64,000 nucleotides of DNA from Chiloscyllium plagiosum (taxonomy: Eukaryota). The notes beneath the pieces are model-generated. The model was not told the DNA's origin, did no database searches, and saw nothing but the letters and a program-made list of their open reading frames with translations. The stretch spans positions 78,478,529 to 78,542,528 of the forward strand of contig NC_057712.1 in assembly GCF_004010195.1 (NCBI RefSeq). The letters run 5' to 3'. This document shows positions 49,735 to 62,903 of this stretch, piece after piece. The position numbers were made by a program, and so were the translations under genes. Each line of letters begins with the position of its first letter. Positions within the stretch are counted from its first letter, which is position 1.

Positions 49735-50535
49735 AATGGGCTGTCGTGGGCAGCGGGCCGTCACGGGTAGCAGGCAGTGGGCTGTCGCGAGCAGCAGGCA
49801 GTGGGCAGTCGCGAGCAGCAGGCAGTGGGCCGTCACAGACAGCAGGTAGTGGGCAGTCACGACCAGCAGGCAGTGGGCCGTCACGACCAGTGGGCTGTCA
49901 CGAGCAGTGGGCCGTCGTGAGCAGTAGGCAGACACGAGCAGCAGGCAGTCGCAAGCACAGGCAGTGGGCCGTCACGAGCAGCAGGCAGTGGGCAGTCACG
50001 AGCAACAGGCAGTGGGCCGTCACGAGCAGCAGGCAGTGGGCCGTCACGAGCAGCAGGCAGTGGGCCGTCACGAGCAGCAGGCAGTGGGCAGTCACGAGCA
50101 GCAGGCAGTGGGCTGTCACGAGCAGCAGGCAGTGGGCCGTCACGGGCAGCGGGCAGTGGGCCGTCGCGGGCAGTGGGCCGTCGCGGGCAGCGGGCAGTGG
50201 GCAGTCACGAGCAGCAGGCAGTGGGCTGTCACGAGCAGCAGGCAGTGGGCTGTCACAGGCAGCAGGCAGTGGACTGTCACGGGTAGCAGGCAGTGGGCCG
50301 TCACGGGTAGCGGGCAGTGGGCCGTCGCGGGCAGTGGGCCGTCGCGGGCAGTGGGCCGTCGCGGGCAGTGGGCCGTCACAGAGAGCAGGCAGTGGGCTGT
50401 CACAGAGAGCAGGCAGTGGGCTGTCACAGGCAGCAGGCAATGGGCAGTCGCGAACAGCGGGCAGTGGGCCGTCACAGGCAGCAGGCAGGGTGCAGTCACG
50501 GGCAGCGGGCAGTGGGCCGTCATGGGCAGCAGGAA
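49735..50535. repeat. GC/CpG-rich minisatellite, 24-bp unit (cagtgggccgtcacgagcagcagg) with 17-bp variant units
   Basis: About 800 bp of tandem units, seen as 8-aa periodicity in all overlapping ORFs. Confidence 0.95.
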
Positions 50536-53500
50536 GCCTTCACCTCAGCTGTGACTGCACCCAAGCAAGGGAACAGAAAAAGTAATATTCCAGTTTATAA
50601 AGGGACAAGTTGGCACACATGCCTAATAACTCTATGTTTGCAATATGTCTGTAAGCATATGTTTAATTCACTTTAATTATGTCTATTGTATTTTCAGTAG
50701 GCTGCAGTTGCTGCAGCCATTGCATGTATTTAAGGATGTAATATTTTGTTCCTGATTAGCCTCAGATTGTGTGGGCTTAAAGATACACTGCTTTTTGTGT
50801 CACACCATCAGGAGCATTTCTGAGTAGACTGACATGTAAGATACAACTATCCACATTATTCGTAAAGGTGCAGCCTTGAAGTGCATCATCCAGCTGTCAT
50901 TCCTCTGTGGCTGCTGTCTGAGTAGTGTCTGCAGTCGAGTCAGTGCTTGTTTTGCTGGTATCTGCAATGCATTGCCTCTGTTGGAGAATGCGTCAGTGAA
51001 ATGTAATTGTATCTTGCCATATTGAGATTACACATGAATTCCAGTGGTGCATGCATATGGGGTTTACTAGTGCCAAGGACCTGCAGCGTTGTTTCTTCTG
51101 GGTGTCAGAGGTCAAGGGAAAATGCAGTACTTTGCAGGTTGTGATGTGTTCCTGCTGACACTGACACCACAGTGTTTTCTGTGCAGCATGTTCTGTACAA
51201 GTGAAATCTTTTTCATTTCAAGTTGGTCTATATGAAGGATTGCAAAACAAGCAATATTAATGTGAAAACGTTCGGCATTCTGATGTCCTTGTCCGGTTTA
51301 GTATATCGCCCCTATGTCCCCCTTCCCAAGCACTCACCTTGTTGCCAACTCCGTCTCTCCTTCAGTCAGCACAAGGTATCCTTTTGTGCATGCTCTCCTC
51401 CTCCTCCTCCCACCCAGACATCAATGTTTTTACGTTTGGAATGTGACCATAGAGAGAGGAACACACCTGAGCATGGCTTTCATCTATTTCCTTCATGGTT
51501 AATAAGGTGTTGCAGTCAACATCTCATCTTTCACTGCACTTCCTCTTGCTTTCACAGTTTGCATTTACACAGTGAATGTACTGAAGCTAACAAAATGGTG
51601 TCTGTCACTTTTCAAATGTGCTGCACTGTTTTATACTCTTCTCTGTCACCCCCTGATATCTGTCAACTTTGACCCACTCAGTATAGCCATTCTTCTTCCC
51701 TCAACCTTCAAGCCCTCCAATTACCATTCATCCTATGATGCTCATTCTCAATATTCCTTCTCTCCCATAGGCCTATACTCCTTATTGTGCCCATTTTTCC
51801 ATCTATCACAAAGAACCTGGTCATAGGTCTCCTCTCTCATTCGAGAGAGAGGTTACTGGTGGTGATTTAACCGGAGGGCCACCAAGTCTCAGGTGAGGGG
51901 AGACGTTGAGAAGGAGAATACTTCATGGTAACCTCAACTGGCAGACAGTACTGACTCTGTTCTTTAAGGGTATCTCTCTCCAACCATCAACCCCTCAAGA
52001 CTACCCATTTAAAAGATATCGACACTCAAAATGTAAGATCCTTCCTTCCTTCCCACATTTATGTACCATGCCTTCCCTCCCTTGACACCCCCCCCCAACC
52101 ATCCAACCTATGCCCTTCAGATTGTCTCTACCACATCTCAAGCAGCCCTCTGCACAAGAAGGATAAACAGCAGCTTCTCATTTCAGCTCCAGCTGGTTGA
52201 CCACACTGACTTCACACCACCGATAAGTGGCCATAAATCGGAAGCCACACATTGCTCAATCATGGACAACTTAATTGGGACAGAAGAATTAATTCTAGCA
52301 TGATTGTCTTTCAATGAGCATGTATGACATGCAAATGCATACAAAAGTACTTTCCTAAGCTTATCATCTGCAAACTTCCATGAATTAAATTAATGAGTTT
52401 CATCCTTTCTTCAGGAAGTTGATGTAAGGCTTCCTGCTCAATTAAACTGGCTTTCCTGCCTTAGCTCCCAATCTGGGGAATAGCAGGAGATTCCCACCTA
52501 TAACATGCCAGTGAAGCAACAAATTAATAATGACTCCTCCTGGGCATTGACAGAATAATAATGATATAAATGTAACAGTGCTGTCCCAGTTAAAATCAAT
52601 AACAGAATTAGTTTCTTAAAAACATTATGTCCTCTGGTTACTTCAAAAAAGTTGAGGGCAAAGAAATTACGTAGACATGTCTTGGTCAATAGTCTAGATC
52701 AGGCAGATGTAGACATCATCATTTGTAAATTATGGAAACCACACCCTCAGGGAGACCAAACTGTGCAGGCTCAGAAAAGTCTGTCTGTAAACCTCAATCT
52801 GCTCTGGGTTTTGAAATGTTTCAGAATGCAACAAAATTGTAATGACATAGAGTCCATAAATTACAGAATGCCTTCTTTGCAACCAGAAAATTATGTAGGA
52901 TTCAATTTTTCAATCTTGAGAACAAAGCACAACATTGGGTTTACAACCCCATTACATATATCATAATAAGAATATAATGGGTGAGCACAACAGAGGGATT
53001 TGAAGCATTTTGAGTAAATTCAGAGACTTGTAATTAGCAAATTTCACATACTATTGCAGCTATTCTTTTGTGTCACAAAAATCCCCAAAGCCTTTAAAAC
53101 TACAGAAATAACTATACATTATTTATCATTTATGTCCTAATGATAAAATGGATGTTGATCTTATAGTCAAAGAATCATTCTGGCAAGGAAGGAGATTATT
53201 CAACCATGTTAGCTCTCTCTAGAGCAGCCCAGTCAGTATTATTCCCCTACTCCATCTTTGTAGCCCTGAATGTATCCTCTTGTTTCCCGTGAGGGTCCAT
53301 ACAATTTCTCCTTAAAGGTCATCAGTCGTCTCTCCTTCCACCATACTCTTAGGCAATGAGTTTCAGGTGATTACCACACCCTGCAGAAGAAGATTCCACC
53401 TTGCATCATTACCTGTGTCAATCCCCATCCCAGACCCCTAACAAATCCTTCTGTTTCTCATGCCTCAAATCTTAAATCTGTGTTGTTGAGTTCTTGTACC

Positions 53501-55959
53501 ACTAACAAATGGCAACAGCTTTTCCTTATGTTTGCTAAACCAGGTCTTAATCTTTTACATTTGTTACATTTCTTCTCAATCTCATTCATTTAAAGGAGAT
53601 CAACTTTAGCTTCTCCAGCCTGACCTTTTAAATAAATTTTCTGATCCCTGAAATTATTCTGGTAGATGCTTTACATCCCTCTTAAAGTGTGGTGACCGAA
53701 ACTGGACATTATTCTCCAGTTGTTTTTCTGTGATTTGTTTTTAAGATGTGAGCATTATTCGCTATAACAGCCTTTATTTCCCAAATTGCCTTTGAGGTGG
53801 TGATGGTGAGCTGCCTTCTTGAACTGCTGCCTGAGGATGGTGGGGCTGTCATTGATGAAGATGGTTGGGCCTAGGACACTCCCTGGCCACTTTGTGTAAA
53901 GATATCTTGTAACTAAGTTTCCCCTTCTTTGTGCAAGATGTATCTCTAACCAATCAAGAGTTTTCTTCCTGATTCTCATTGACTTCAGTTTTGCCAACTC
54001 ACTAGCAGTCTTGAATAGTCCTATCAGTTTGCTGATTAGCAAGAATAGATTGATTGGACAGTAAATGGTCAGGTTGGAATGGACTTGCTTTTTATGGACT
54101 GACGTTCCTGGATTATTTTATATATTGACAGATATTTCCCAGTTTTATGGTTGAACTGGAACTGCACTTGGCTATGCGTGGAGCTCGGTCTGGAGGGCAA
54201 GATTTCCCTGCAATTGCCAGAATATTTCAGGGTTTATAACTTTTGCATTATCCACCTCCTTCAGCTGTTTCTTGAGATCACAAGACCAGTAGCTCTGTTC
54301 TTGAAACTCTAAGGTGCCGTATGTTTTGTTAGCTGCTTTCACAATATGTTCTGCAGCCTTCAGCAATCTTCAAGTTCCTGTTTAGATCAATGCTTTGAAA
54401 TTTATATTGCCTTATACCAAAATGCATCACCTTGCACTATCAAATTCCTCTGTCAGTTTTGCTAGCCAGTCAATGTCCTGTTGCAATTAATTAATCTTTA
54501 CAGTTGGCCACAGTTGCAATAGCACCAACAAGTGTGGAAAATTTATTCTGCATTCAAATAGCAGTATTTTTATATAACTCATTAATAAATACATTTTATC
54601 ATGACTAAAGTAACTGGCAGCTTCATATCTAAAATAAATAAGTCTGCTAAAGAAATTTTCAGAAAAAGATTGGACTCAGATTGCAGCACTACTTTAAAGT
54701 AGATGATGTACATCCCCCAGTGAAAGCTGTCTAATTTAAAATTATTAATCTCATAAATTGTAAAATAGTGGTCAATAGAGTTGGTTTATTTTATGAAGTT
54801 TTAAAATAAAAGCATAGTTACTTCGATAGAAAAGTTTATTATGTGCAACTTTCAGACCAGGAGTATTTGGTTAGAAATCTACAGGTTATTAAAAGCTGAG
54901 AAAATCTAAGCTTTCAGTTTTGGGAGCTTTTGTATAAGAAGACTTAGTTATTTGCAAGAAAGAACCAGAACTCAGCTTTAAATGTATGAGAGGGTAGAGT
55001 TCCACCTGAACTGAATTAGTACCATTATATAAAACAATGAATTGACATAATTGAGTTGAATTGAATTAGCTTCATTGTCACATGTAAAAAATTTACAGTT
55101 GTTGACTTACAACTCCATCTTAGACACAAAGGTACCTAGGTGCAGATACTTAAGATCAAATTCTTTGGAAACAAAAAAAAATTAGATAAGTTAAGAAATA
55201 AATTGTCCAGGCATTATCAGTCATAGAGATAAATTAGAAAACTGAAGAAGTAAAATGTTCAGAATGTCAGTCTTTTCAAACCCCAGTCCATGCCGGCATC
55301 CAGCCTACACCACCTCACTGCCTCCTGCACCAGGCCCACCAATGTAGGATTTGCCCCACTTTAGGCAGCATCTCTTCACTGCTGGGCCCACTTTGCTGAC
55401 GCCGCTGAACCCATACATACCCCAAAACAAAGTGTGTCCTGGCTCTGCTGCCAGGCCACTGGCAGGTCACAAGTCCTGCTTCAGCTGCCAATGCCACCTT
55501 GCTGGCCCCGCCATTTTGAGGAGACCCCTGCTGCCAGCACAGCCTCCCTGATTGCAAGGGGAGCTTTGCTGCCACTGTCGCCGGCCCCAAAAAGGGGCGA
55601 ACGCATTCGGGGGTGGACGCACTTGCTACTGTTGTCATTGGCCTCCTATCACTTGGAGAATGTCCTTGCTGCCAGTGAGCCACGTCCGCCACTCCGCATG
55701 CAGCCCACTTTTGCTGCAGCATCAGTGCTGCTGACCAACCCATCACAGAAAAGAAACAAAAAGACCAAACGAAAGGAAAATAAAGCAAAGAACAGAAGCA
55801 AAAGTAAAACAAAGAAGGAAAGAAGATGGAGTGGATGAGCCCTGGGTAAAAGCCTGCACGCAGCCCCGTTACACCCATGCTATCTTTCACCGAATGTAAC
55901 TGTGGATGTGCATGCATTTAAACTGGGATTCCTAGAAGAACCGAATGAAGTGACTTACT

Positions 55960-56070
55960 CACCCGAAACGTTGACTTCTCCACCTCCTGATGCTGCCTGG
56001 CTTGCTGTGTTCTTCAAGCCTCCTGCTTGTCTACCTTGGATTCCAGCATCTGCAGTTTTTTTTTGTTTCT
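55960..56070 (+). mobile_element. Penelope-derived terminal fragment (3' half of hammerhead)
   Basis: cccgaaacgttgacttctccacctcctgatgctgcc...tccagcatctgcag is similar to the other PLE termini. Confidence 0.6.
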
Positions 56071-56759
56071 ATTAAATACCACATAGCAGAATTGTCCATA
56101 TTCCAAGAAGAAATTAAACAGAAAGGTTGTTTCTAAAATGATCATGGAGTTGGTGAGACTTAGATGCAGTTTGGCTAAGTAGATTTTAACAAGTAGTGAA
56201 GAGGTTGCATCAAAGGTTGTGACATTTTGAATAAATGGATGAACTAGATCATGTTGCTGAACAAAATAAAGAGACATAAAATAGTAATGGCAGAAAGGAG
56301 GATGAATTGGTTAAACTAGATGAAACCTGGAAAATAAGTACAATAGGTAGCAAAAGCAAAATATCAAAGATGGGAGTAAGAAGAAAGATTTGATCAAGGT
56401 AAAGGAAAATAGCAGCTGTTTGAAGCAGATAACGTATAGAAAGATAATCAATAAAGCAGGGGGTCACTTGGAGACAAAGAATTCCAACTTTTCTTTGGGA
56501 GCATTGTCCTTTTCTCATATGTTTTCTGCATTCATTTTAAGCCTAAGTGTGAAATAGGGCTCTTGTAGAGCTGGAATAGGCGAGAGAAGGATCCACTACT
56601 GGAAATTAATGACTTAGCACCACTATTGTTTTAAGTAGGAAAATCAGCTGGCTCAGAAGGTTGTGTTTACCTTAGGAGAGGGGGCGAAAACCAGTAACCC
56701 TATTTTTACATCTTACGAAATGGGAATTCTGCCAAGAAACATGACTTATGTGACCCAAA

Positions 56760-58262
56760 AAAGGAAATAATCATTATCCAGGAAGTTAGAGACCAGTTTG
56801 CTTTATTATTTTTTAACTGGGTAAACTTTGAGCATGCATAACATGAGACCAAGTGTGAATAATTACAAAGGTATATGTTAATCAAGAGCAGTTAGCAATG
56901 ATTTGTGAAGGGCCGGACAAATTTAATTGGAACTTTTAAGGCAAATAGAACGTAGGCTAATGCAATAACTTTTGTGTGCATGAATTTTCATCAGAAACTT
57001 ATTAGTGTGAAACGCTTGATTTTTTAAAAAATGATAGCACAGAGAGGGAATCCAAAAGTAGGGTCAGGAAGTTTTTTTACTTAATAAAACGTAGGTGAAA
57101 GGGTGGCTCAGACGCATCTGCTGGGGCCTGGTTGTTTTGCTTTAATGTGAATTGAACAAGACATTGGCACAAAATAGCTACAGAGGAACCTCGATTATCC
57201 GAAGGACACGAGGAGGGAGTAATTTGTTCGGTCAATCAAATGCAAAATAACGTAGTTAGCCAAGCATTGGGACTTTGCGATCTTTTTGGATAATCTGAAA
57301 ATCAATTAATGGGATGCCTGATAATCGAGGTTTCTCTGTGTATGGGAATTTTCAGATAAACCAGTTCTGTAGCCACAACTATTTACAATTTGTGCGCACA
57401 CCTTGGATGAAAGAACAGAAGATATGATTGCAGAAGTTACTGATGACTCAAAAATATGTAAGAAAGTATGTTGTGAAGAAGATGCAACTAAGCTATAAAG
57501 GGATACGGAGGCGTTCAGTGAGTATGCAAAAATCTGACCAGTGGAGTATAATTTGGGGGAATAAAAAGAAAACATATGTCCATCTTGGCAGGAAGAGTGA
57601 AAAGCTTCTGGGCAACCTACTGCATGGATCCCAAGCATATGAAACAGGTACAGCTATTAACCAGAAAAAATAATGGAATGTTTTTGTTTATTGCAGGAGG
57701 AAGTGAATATATAAGTAGGAAGTGTTATGCTTCAATTGTAGCGGGCACTGGTGAAACCATATGTGGTCTCCTTATTTAATAAAGGATGTATGTCTGCTCA
57801 GAGAAGGTTTTATTCAACTAATACATAAGCATGTTCTCGTATGAGGAAAAGTTGGATGGGCTTAGCTTGTTCATGCTAGACTTTAGAAGATTAAGACTAG
57901 TTTGAAACACAAGTTCCTGAGGGGATGTGAAAAGGATGTTTCTTTTTGTGGGAGAATCTAGATCTGATGATCATGTTTTTTCTTTCAAAAAAAATTCTAT
58001 AACATATGAGGCTTTTTCTTTTCTTGAAGGGATGTGAGTCTTTGAAAATTGCTCCTCCTTAAAAAAAAATTGTTGAAATCTGTGTCTTTAAATATTTAAG
58101 ACAGAAGTGGATAGATTTGACAGCAAGGAGGTTGTCGGGGTAGACAGGAATATGGATTTGTTATTACAATCCAATCAGCCATGATTTTATTTAATGGCGG
58201 GACAGGTTTGTGGGCCCGTAAGGCCTACTGCTTATCCTTGTTCAGAAGGTCCTATGTATGTT
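56760..58262 (+). mobile_element. Old degraded CR1 LINE RT/3' end
   Basis: Remnants of PQLFTI, EVTDDSK and YEEKLDGLSLF plus a CR1 tail. Confidence 0.65.
57181..57338. mobile_element. Tc1/mariner-pogo (Tigger-like) MITE
   Basis: TIRs CAGAGGAACCTCGATTATC and GATAATCGAGGTTTCTCTG. Preceded by TA and followed by TG (decayed TA TSD). Confidence 0.8.
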
Positions 58263-58509
58263 CACATTTAAGACTATTGAAGAACCCTGAAACAGCAAAC
58301 CAACAAGTACAGTGCTTATCCTTTATTACAATCTCCCTAGAGACCGTTAACTTTGAAAGTAAATTTGAACTTGTAGTTAATCACTAAAAGGAGGATAACT
58401 AGAATTCAAGTTATGTTTACACACAGAAAAATACTGTTGACTAAACAATGCCTCTATCAACAACTTAAACTTTTCTGTTTAAAGTTTATTTTAAAGTTAA
58501 AGTTCAATA

Positions 58510-59860
58510 CAAACATACAAAGACCAAGAATAAGCCACTCAACCCTTCAAGACTACTCCATGATTCAATGAAATCATGGCTGAGCTAATTTTAACCTAAA
58601 CTCTACGTTCCTGCATATCCTTTCAGTAATCAAGAATTTATCAACCTCTACCTTTAAAAGGTTTAAACATTCTGCATCCATTGCCTTTTGAGAAAGGAAA
58701 TTTCAAAGACACTCATCCCTTTGAGAGAAAAAATAGTTTCCTTATCTCTGTCTTAAATGGGCAACTCCTTATTCTCAAATCATGATTCCCTAATTCTAAG
58801 TTCTCTCTAAACAGTAAGCAACCTTTCAACATCCACCCTGTCAATTCCCCTCAGGATGTTATATGTTTCCATTAGGTCACCTCTGACTCTTTTAAACTCC
58901 AGAGCATACAGCCATCCTTTTTAGCTTTTCATGATAAGGCAATCCACTCATTCCAGGTATTAGTCTAGTAAACCTTCTCTGAACTGCTTCCAGTGCATTA
59001 ACATCCTTCTGTAAGTATGGTGACCAGTACTGTCTACAGTATTCTAGCAGGTCAGGCAGCATCCAAGGAGCAGGAGAATCGACGTTTCGGGCATGAGTTC
59101 TTCTTCAGGAGTTCCTGCCGTCGATTCTCCTGCTCCTTGGATGCTGTCTGACCTGCTGCACTTTTCCAGCAATACATTTTCAGCTCTGATCTCCAACATC
59201 TGCAGTCCTCACTTTCTCCTACAGTATTCTAGACATAGTCTCGCTAATGCCCTGATAATGTATAGCTGGTGCTTGCACCTAAGACGGCACCATAAGAGGC
59301 AGACCTTGTAAAAGCTTTTCACTGTACTCTACAATGGAATACGCGTGACAAAACAAGATATTCTATTCGAGTCTATTTTTGAAATAAAACATAGCATTCC
59401 ATTAGATTTCCTGATTACTCGCTGTGCACTAACCTTCCTCAAATCATGCACTAGGGTACCCAGATCTCTGCATCCCCAGGCTCTGCAACCTTCTTACCAT
59501 TTAGATAATTCGCCTGTTCTTTTTATTCTTTCTCCAAAAATGGACAACTTTACATTTCCATTTGCCAGATTTTGTTCACTCATTTAACCTATTTATATCC
59601 CTTTGTAGGTTCCTCATATCCTCTTCACTTTCCAACTGATCAATGTGTCATCAGAAAATTCAGCTAACCCCTTTAGTCTGTTTATCGATATCATTTCTGT
59701 AATGCCAGTTGAGACCCTAGCACTAACCCCGATGCACACCACTCATGACATTCTACTAGCCTGAAGAAGACCTATTTAATCGTACTCTGTGCTTACTATA
59801 AGCTTGCCAATCTTCTATCCATGCTGCTTTGTTGTTCCTACATTATGAGCTTTTATTTTC
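58510..59860 (-). mobile_element. Degraded CR1 LINE 3' portion
   Basis: Remnants of CR1 RT C-terminus and tail on the minus strand. Interrupted at 59048-59218. Confidence 0.7.
59048..59218. mobile_element. Palindromic Penelope-derived element with perfect 14-bp TSD and minus-strand hammerhead motif
   Basis: TSD ctacagtattctag at 59034-59047 and 59219-59232. Minus strand reads CUGAAGA-A-GAACUCAUGCCC-GAAAC-GUC at 59081-59108, with helix II weakened. Confidence 0.85.
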
Positions 59861-60139
59861 ACACGTCATTCGCACACTTAACTTTTGATACAGTTGAAAA
59901 GCATACTTCATAATATGTTGTCCTGTCCTTTAAGTTGATATTTAGTTCTCCCAGAAGCAATACACATGGTTATTTCTGCTTTTTTGCCCATTGAGCCCAG
60001 TACCTTCTAAGCTCGGAATTGTTCCTCATGCTAAGAAATTACTGGAGATTCTCACTCTAGCGCAAGCTTATTGAATCATGAATTGGGTTCTTTTCAAACT
60101 GATCAATCTTCCATGCATATTCAGACACAGTGAGCCACA

Positions 60140-60522
60140 GATACTCAGTGGTCTGAGCAATGAAGGCAAGCCTGCTAAACGCCACCTTAACTACCCTGTC
60201 TACCTGTGATGCAACTTTCAAAGAACTATATGCCTGAGCCACTAGATCTCTCTGCTTGACAACACTTCCTAGGACCCTATCGTTAACTGTATAAGTCCTG
60301 CTCTTTCCCGTCTTGCCAAAAATGTATTTATCGCATTAATCCAAATTAAACTCTATCTACCATTCCTCACCCCATTGGCCCAATTGATCAAGATCCCTTT
60401 GTAATCTTAGATAATCTTCTTCACTGTCGACTAGCCATTTTTGGTGTCATCTGCAAAATTACTAACCATGCTTCTTAAATTCTCATCCAAATTGTTTATA
60501 TAAATGACAAACAACAGTGGAC
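60140..60522 (-). mobile_element. CR1 LINE RT fragment
   Basis: Minus strand reads PLLFVIYINNLDE..VSNFADDTK..AYSSLKVASQVDRVVKVAF. Confidence 0.85.
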
Positions 60523-60637
60523 TCACATGAAACTTCAGACTCTATGATGTGGTTGCCTTCTGAAACATCCGAGAAAACCATTCAGTTATATCAAGCTGCT
60601 ACAAAGTCAAACTGAAACTGGATGGATCATCATGCAT

Positions 60638-61893
60638 TGGTGGCGCGATGGTGGCGCATTGGTGGCGCGATTGGTGGTTAGCACTGTTGCCTCACAGCGC
60701 TAGGGACCCGGGTTCGATTCCAGCCTCGGGCAACTGTCTGTGTGGAGTTTGCACATTCTCCCTGTGTCCGTGTGGATTTCCTCCAGGTGCTCTGCGTTCC
60801 TCGCTCAGTCTAAAGATGTGCAGGTTAGGTGGGTTAACCACAGGAAATACAGCGTTACTGGGATAGGGCAGGAGGGTGGGTATGGATGGGATGCTCTTCG
60901 GAGGATTGGCGTGAACCCTACGGGCCAAAATGGCTAGGAGCTGCACGGTGGCTCAGTGGTTAGCACTGCTGCCTCAGAGCACCAGGGTCCCAGGTTCGAT
61001 TCCAGCCTTGGGTGACTGTCTGTGTGGAGTTTGCACATTCTCCCCGTGTCTGGGTGGGTTTCCTCTGGGTGCTCTGGTTTCCTCCCACAGTCCAAAGATG
61101 TGCAGGTCAGGTAAATTGGCCATGCTAAACTGCCCATAGTGTTAGGTGCATTAGTCAGTGAGAAATGGGTCTGGGTGGATTACTCTTCGAAGGGTCAGTG
61201 TGGACTTTTTGGGCTGAAGGGCCTGTTTCCACACTGTAGGGAATCTAATCTAGATCTTTAGACAGCAAGATGGCTCAGTGGTTAAAACTGCTGCTTCACG
61301 GCACAAGGGTCCCAAGTTCGATTCCAGCCTCGGACGACTGTCTGTGGAGTTTGCACATTCTTCCTGTGTCCATGTGGGTTTCCTCCAGATGCTCTGGTTT
61401 CCTTCCATGGTCCAAAGATGTGCAGGTCAGGTGAATTGGCCATAGTGTTAGGTGCATTAGTCTGAGGGAAATGGGCCTGGGTGGGTTATTCTTCAGAGGG
61501 TCGGTGGGGGCTTGTTGGGCCGAAGAGACTGTTTCGACACTAGGGAATCTCATCTAATCTACTTGAATTGTTTGGGGTGGCACGGTGGCTCAGTGGTTAA
61601 CACTGCTGCCTCACAGCGCCAGGGACCCGGGTTCAATTCTCACCTCGGACAACTGTCTGTGTGGAGTTTGCACATTCTCCCCGTGTCTGCGTGGGTTTCC
61701 TCCGGGTGCTCCGGTTTCCTCCCACTGTCCTAAGATGTGCAGATTAGGTGAATTGGCCATACTAAATTGCCCATATTATTAGGTGTATTAGTCAAGGGTG
61801 AACTTAGGGGAATGGGTCTGGGTGGGTTGCTCTTTGGAAGGTCGGTGTGGACTTGTTGTGCCAAAGGGCCTATTTCCACACTATAGGGAATTT
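60638..61893 (+). mobile_element. Four head-to-tail HE1-type SINEs (~60638, 60943, 61268, 61575)
   Basis: Each copy has the tggctcagtggtta / ggttcgattcc head and the ctgtctgtgtggagtttgcacattct core. Confidence 0.92.
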
Positions 61894-62351
61894 AATTGGC
61901 CTTGGCATCAGAAACAACAGCAGCAAACTCAGCTGTCCGTACTGAGGGCAAAGTACCTTGCTGGGAAGAGGTGTGTCATGCACTCAAACCTTACCATGTC
62001 CCAGGCACCATCACCACCATCCCTGGCCTGTGGCCCATAACCTATCCCAGGGCCAGGAGCGATGCAGCAACAATAGTCCCTCAGCTGCATGGCTGTTGGC
62101 ACACACAGCCACTCCAAGGTTCAATGTGCAGTGATTGGCACTGGCATGCTGATAGTGGCAGTAACTTCTTGTTCTGGAAGTTGCTGCAATGCACATAGGC
62201 CAATGAATCCAGAAATAAAATTAGAGGGAATGTAGCCTAGCAGAGGTTCTGATGTAGTGGTATGCAGTCAAGAGGGAGTTGCCCTGGGAGTCCCTAACAT
62301 GGTGTCTAGATCCTGTGAGGCCTCATTTGCATCAGGTCAAACTTGGGCAAG

Positions 62352-62447
62352 GATTCCCGAAGAAGGGCTTATGCCCAAAACGTCGATTCTCCTGCTCCTT
62401 TGATGCTGCCTGACCTGCTGCGCTTTTCCAGCAACTCATTTTTCAGC
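62352..62447 (+). mobile_element. Penelope-derived terminal fragment with decayed hammerhead
   Basis: ccgaagaagggcttatgcccaaaacgtcgattctcctgctcc, with two core substitutions relative to 4975-5002. Confidence 0.75.
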
Positions 62448-62754
62448 AAGGAAACCTCCTGCTAATTTGTATGTAATCTGCTCTCTCTCCACCCCCACTC
62501 CAGATGAATCAGTACTCCTCCACATAGAGCACTCATGAAAGGTGGCAAGAGTACAGAATATATTGTGCTGGATGGGGAACTTCAATGTCCATTGCCAGGA
62601 GTGTCTCAGCAGCTGCTGATGATGACACTACCTAAGCTGGTTGAGTCCTAACAAACATATTTACTCTCTGGGTCTAATGCAGATGGTTTGAGAACCAATA
62701 CAAGGGGCAAGCAGACTAGAGCTCATCTTTACCAAGCTGCTTGCCAGACATCTA

Positions 62755-62903
62755 TTGGACATGCTAAATTGCCCATAGTGTTAGGTGCATTAGTCGGGCA
62801 AATGTAGGGGAATGAGTCTGGGTTGTTTGCTCTTCGGAGGATCGGTGTGGACTAGATGGGCCAAAGGGCCTGTTTCCACACTGTAGGAAATCTAACCTAA
62901 TCA
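62755..62903 (+). mobile_element. 5'-truncated HE1 SINE nested in a degraded LINE (~62540-63690)
   Basis: catgctaaattgcccatagtgttaggtgcattag...gggcctgtttccacactgtagg. Flanks show GDFNVH-like endonuclease remnants. Confidence 0.75.

Noticed and set aside
49735-50535. CRISPR-like array
   Set aside because: No unique spacers, no cas genes, and a eukaryotic context.
49548-50676. 345-aa and overlapping repetitive ORFs as a novel repeat protein
   Set aside because: Open in most frames on both strands because of the minisatellite. The 17-bp units shift frame freely, and there is no gene structure.
55315-55917. 200-aa ORF in a GC-rich patch
   Set aside because: No recognisable domain or splice signals, and ORFs overlap on both strands. 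Probably a repeat remnant.
60943-61010. tRNA genes at SINE heads
   Set aside because: A and B boxes continue into the HE1 body without a complete cloverleaf or terminator, so they are SINE-derived.
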